A stretch of DNA of 58,878 nt. Origin: Bacteroidales bacterium. GTDB taxonomy: Bacteria > Bacteroidota > Bacteroidia > Bacteroidales > DASVHX01. The stretch covers positions 1 through 58,878 of the forward strand of contig JBBRRV010000003.1 of NCBI GenBank assembly GCA_038246075.1. The letters are read 5' to 3'. Position numbers and translations under genes: made by a program. Each line of letters begins with the position of its first letter. Positions within the stretch are counted from its first letter, which is position 1. The notes below the pieces were generated by a model, which was not told where the DNA came from, did not search any database, and saw only the letters and a list, made by a program, of their open reading frames with translations. This document shows, in pieces, positions 56,614 to 58,878 of this stretch.

Positions 56614-57303
56614 ATGAAAAACAAACTGATTTCAATTTTAATGATTTTAATGCTTTCAGCTTCCTATGCAATGGCTCAAAGTTACGATAATGCAAAAATG
56701 TCCTTTGGTGTTCAGGGAGGTATTAATTTCCAGAATCTGAACGGAAAAGATGCTAACGGAGACGCGCTTAAGAATGACATGATCCTTGGATACCACGCCG
56801 GGGTTAATGCGATGATACCTATCGTACCGGAATTCTTTTTTCAGCCGGGGTTAATGTACAGCACTGCTGGTGCAAAGAATTCGACGACTGTATTAGGTAC
56901 AACATTTACAACTACAACCAAGCTTTCTTATATCCAGGTTCCTTTGAACTTTGTATATAAAGGTGCCTTGGGTAGCGGTTTTGTGATGGTTGGATTTGGT
57001 CCCTATGTTGGATACGGCATCGGTGGCAAGGTATTAACAGAAGGCGGTAATGTATCGCTCGACAGGAAAATTAAATTTAAAAGCACAGTGGAATCAAGTG
57101 ATGACCAAACCGTGCCCTACTTCAAAGCATTGGATGCTGGCGCTGGTGTTTTTGCCGGTTACCAGATGGGAAGCGGGATATTTGTACAGTTGGATACACA
57201 ATTTGGTTTGCTGAAAATTAATCCTAAGGATAATACAAATTCAAATGATAAAGCATCTGTCAAAAACACAGGCTTTGGTCTGTCACTTGGATACAGGTTC
57301 TAA
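56614..57303 (+). CDS. Outer-membrane beta-barrel (porin-family) protein
   Basis: It has a signal peptide ending AMAQ, alternating amphipathic beta-strand patterns and a terminal aromatic residue (..LSLGYRF). Confidence 0.75.
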   Translation: MKNKLISILMILMLSASYAMAQSYDNAKMSFGVQGGINFQNLNGKDANGDALKNDMILGYHAGVNAMIPIVPEFFFQPGLMYSTAGAKNSTTVLGTTFTTTTKLSYIQVPLNFVYKGALGSGFVMVGFGPYVGYGIGGKVLTEGGNVSLDRKIKFKSTVESSDDQTVPYFKALDAGAGVFAGYQMGSGIFVQLDTQFGLLKINPKDNTNSNDKASVKNTGFGLSLGYRF

Positions 57304-57326
57304 CAACAAGTTTTAAATACAAAAAA

Positions 57327-57362
57327 AGACCGTCTCTTGTATAAAGAGGCGGTCTTTTTTTA
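57327..57362. terminator. Bidirectional Rho-independent terminator between convergent genes
   Basis: A7 run, then AGACCGTCTCT, loop TGTATAA, AGAGGCGGTCT (one G.T pair), then a T7 run. It lies between the stops at 57303 (+) and 57411 (-). Confidence 0.8.
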
Positions 57363-57410
57363 TTCACCTTTCTCCTCCAGGAGAAGGGAAGGGGATGAGG
57401 TATTCAAGAA

Positions 57411-58878
57411 TCATCTTTGCCATAGAATGCGTGTGTTCTCGAGCGGAACTACCACATTCTCAAAGAAAGGTACGACCCTTGCCGTATAATCCGAAACCTG
57501 ACGATGAGCGGTAACCAAAACGGTATAAATGAATCCGCCGGCTTCGCCTTCCAGCTTTGCGCCCCGGGTCATCTGATGCACCTCCTGGACTTGCCCGTCA
57601 ATTGCACTGGCAAATAGTTCAACATGAACTGTTTCCGGTTCAATATTGTTGAAATAAACCTGGACATCGAACTTATGCTGATTTGCAATGGTTTCGGCTT
57701 TGATTTCTCCAAAGTGCATTGAATCCCATTGCTGTTCAAGTGCATGCTGCCAGTCGGTTATTTGTTTTCCCTTCGCACCTTTTTTGGCAGCGCGCTCAAG
57801 ATATGCTGCTGCTGCAGGCAGATAGTGTTGTTCAGTATATTCCCTCACGGCCCTGTCGGCAGAGAAACGTGGTGTTAGTTGCGCCATGCTTTCGCGCATG
57901 CGTGCTATCCAGGCAGCAGGAAGTCCTTTTTCATTGCGGTTATAAAACTCGGGAACAATTTGTTGTTCGAGTATAGTGTATAATTGATCTGCCTCGGTAG
58001 CATCCCAGGCCGGGTCGTCGCCATGCTCATTGCCATCACCTAAACTCCATCCCACCTGTGGGGTATATGCTTCGGCCCACCAGCCATCCAGTTCGGAAAG
58101 GTTAATACCCCCGTTTACAAGCACCTTCATGCCGCTTGTTCCGCAGGCTTCCCATGGCCGGCGTGGGGTATTAATCCACACATCCACGCCCTGAATAAGA
58201 TTTTCAGAAATGTGCATGTCGTAATCAGCCAGGAAGATGATGGGAGGATGCAAGGGTTGCTGGCGGATAAACTTCATCCATGCCTGGATTAATTCATGAC
58301 CCTGTGTATCACCGGGATGTGCCTTGCCTGCAAGGATGAGTTGCACGGGAAATTTGGTATTTGTCAGCAACCTGAGCAGTCGTGGCGGATCGTACAGCAA
58401 TAAGTTCGGCCGCTTGTAGGGCGCAAAACGGCGGGCAAAGCCCAGTGTTAAGACATTGGGGTCAAATAAATGTTTGGCGCGTTCAGCAGACGCTTTCGAA
58501 TAACCACAGCCAAGCAATTGCCCCGAAAAATGTTTAGCGGCAAATGCGATGAGTGCCTTGTTGGCATTTGTGCGCATCTCCCAAAGTTTCTCATCGGTTA
58601 CGCGACGGAAATCCTGCTCTAGTGTTTTTTGATTACCCAGCCAGCGTTCTTTTCCACAGGCTTCGGTCCAGATTTCGTCGGCTTCCCTGGAATCCCAGGT
58701 GGGCATATGAACACCATTGGTGACATATCCGACAGGGACTTCGCTGGTAGGCCATTTTGGGAAGAGTGGTTCAAAAATGTGTCGGCTCACCTGGCCATGC
58801 AACCGGCTTACCCCGTTTACAGCCCCGCTGCCCCGGATGGCCAGATAAGCCATATTAAATTTTTCCGATGCGTTCCCC
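57411..58878 (-). CDS. glgP: Alpha-glucan (glycogen/maltodextrin) phosphorylase, GT35, C-terminal part; the gene continues beyond the right edge
   Basis: It carries AVNGVSRLHG, ACGTSGMKVLVNGGINLSELDGWWAE (the PLP-Lys region) and a DUF3417-type C-terminus. The reading frame stays open upstream of the tracked Met to the window end (..GNASEKFNMAYLAIRG). Confidence 0.88.
   Translation of the reverse strand, partial: GNASEKFNMAYLAIRGSGAVNGVSRLHGQVSRHIFEPLFPKWPTSEVPVGYVTNGVHMPTWDSREADEIWTEACGKERWLGNQKTLEQDFRRVTDEKLWEMRTNANKALIAFAAKHFSGQLLGCGYSKASAERAKHLFDPNVLTLGFARRFAPYKRPNLLLYDPPRLLRLLTNTKFPVQLILAGKAHPGDTQGHELIQAWMKFIRQQPLHPPIIFLADYDMHISENLIQGVDVWINTPRRPWEACGTSGMKVLVNGGINLSELDGWWAEAYTPQVGWSLGDGNEHGDDPAWDATEADQLYTILEQQIVPEFYNRNEKGLPAAWIARMRESMAQLTPRFSADRAVREYTEQHYLPAAAAYLERAAKKGAKGKQITDWQHALEQQWDSMHFGEIKAETIANQHKFDVQVYFNNIEPETVHVELFASAIDGQVQEVHQMTRGAKLEGEAGGFIYTVLVTAHRQVSDYTARVVPFFENVVVPLENTRILWQR

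Noticed and set aside
1-58878. I searched by eye for CRISPR arrays, tRNA/rRNA genes, transposases, integrases, phage genes and toxin-antitoxin pairs.
   Set aside because: I found no repeat-spacer periodicity, no cloverleaf-like sequences in the intergenic gaps I read, and no ORF with recombinase or transposase motifs. The window looks like stable chromosome plus one compositionally distinct EPS locus. A proper tRNAscan/Infernal run is still needed.

Overview
This window looks like a chromosomal segment of a Bacteroidota bacterium. The evidence is a SusC/SusD pair, many lipoprotein signal peptides, a T9SS C-terminal sorting tail and TAnnTTTG-type -7 promoter boxes. Contents from left to right are as follows. 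(1) A truncated outer-membrane receptor start, miaA and a GT2 gene. (2) A plus-strand exopolysaccharide/O-antigen-type locus of about 20 kb (3.4-23.7 kb), visibly more AT-rich than its flanks. It carries wza, a BY-kinase (wzc-like), wzx, wzy, seven GT4-type glycosyltransferases, a wecD-wecE (dTDP-Fuc4NAc) module, an RmlD-like reductase and two deacetylase-like genes. (3) A Phe/Tyr catabolic cluster: a long-form phenylalanine hydroxylase, a flavin-reductase-like gene, fahA, hppD and hmgA. (4) An orphan gene whose product carries the motif pattern of a class III nucleotidyl cyclase, with its own terminator. (5) Housekeeping genes aroE, dedA, a TPR protein and kefG-kefB. (6) A minus-strand beta-glucan polysaccharide utilisation locus: susC, susD, two surface lipoproteins, GH16, GH5 with CBM and T9SS tail, and two GH30 genes. 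(7) A compact cluster of small stress-type genes: two paralogous cupins, csbD, a coiled-coil lipoprotein, an untracked lmo0937-family miniprotein and an OmpA-like protein. (8) A beta-barrel porin and the 3' part of an alpha-glucan phosphorylase. I saw no rRNA, tRNA, CRISPR array, transposase or integrase. The two observations I rate highest are these. First, a 42-nt element occurs four times in the stress cluster, each time exactly 22 nt upstream of a Bacteroidota -7 box, which suggests an undescribed co-regulated stress module. Second, the orphan cyclase-like gene has no adjacent effector. All calls rest on reading the supplied translations and sequence by eye; no database search was possible.
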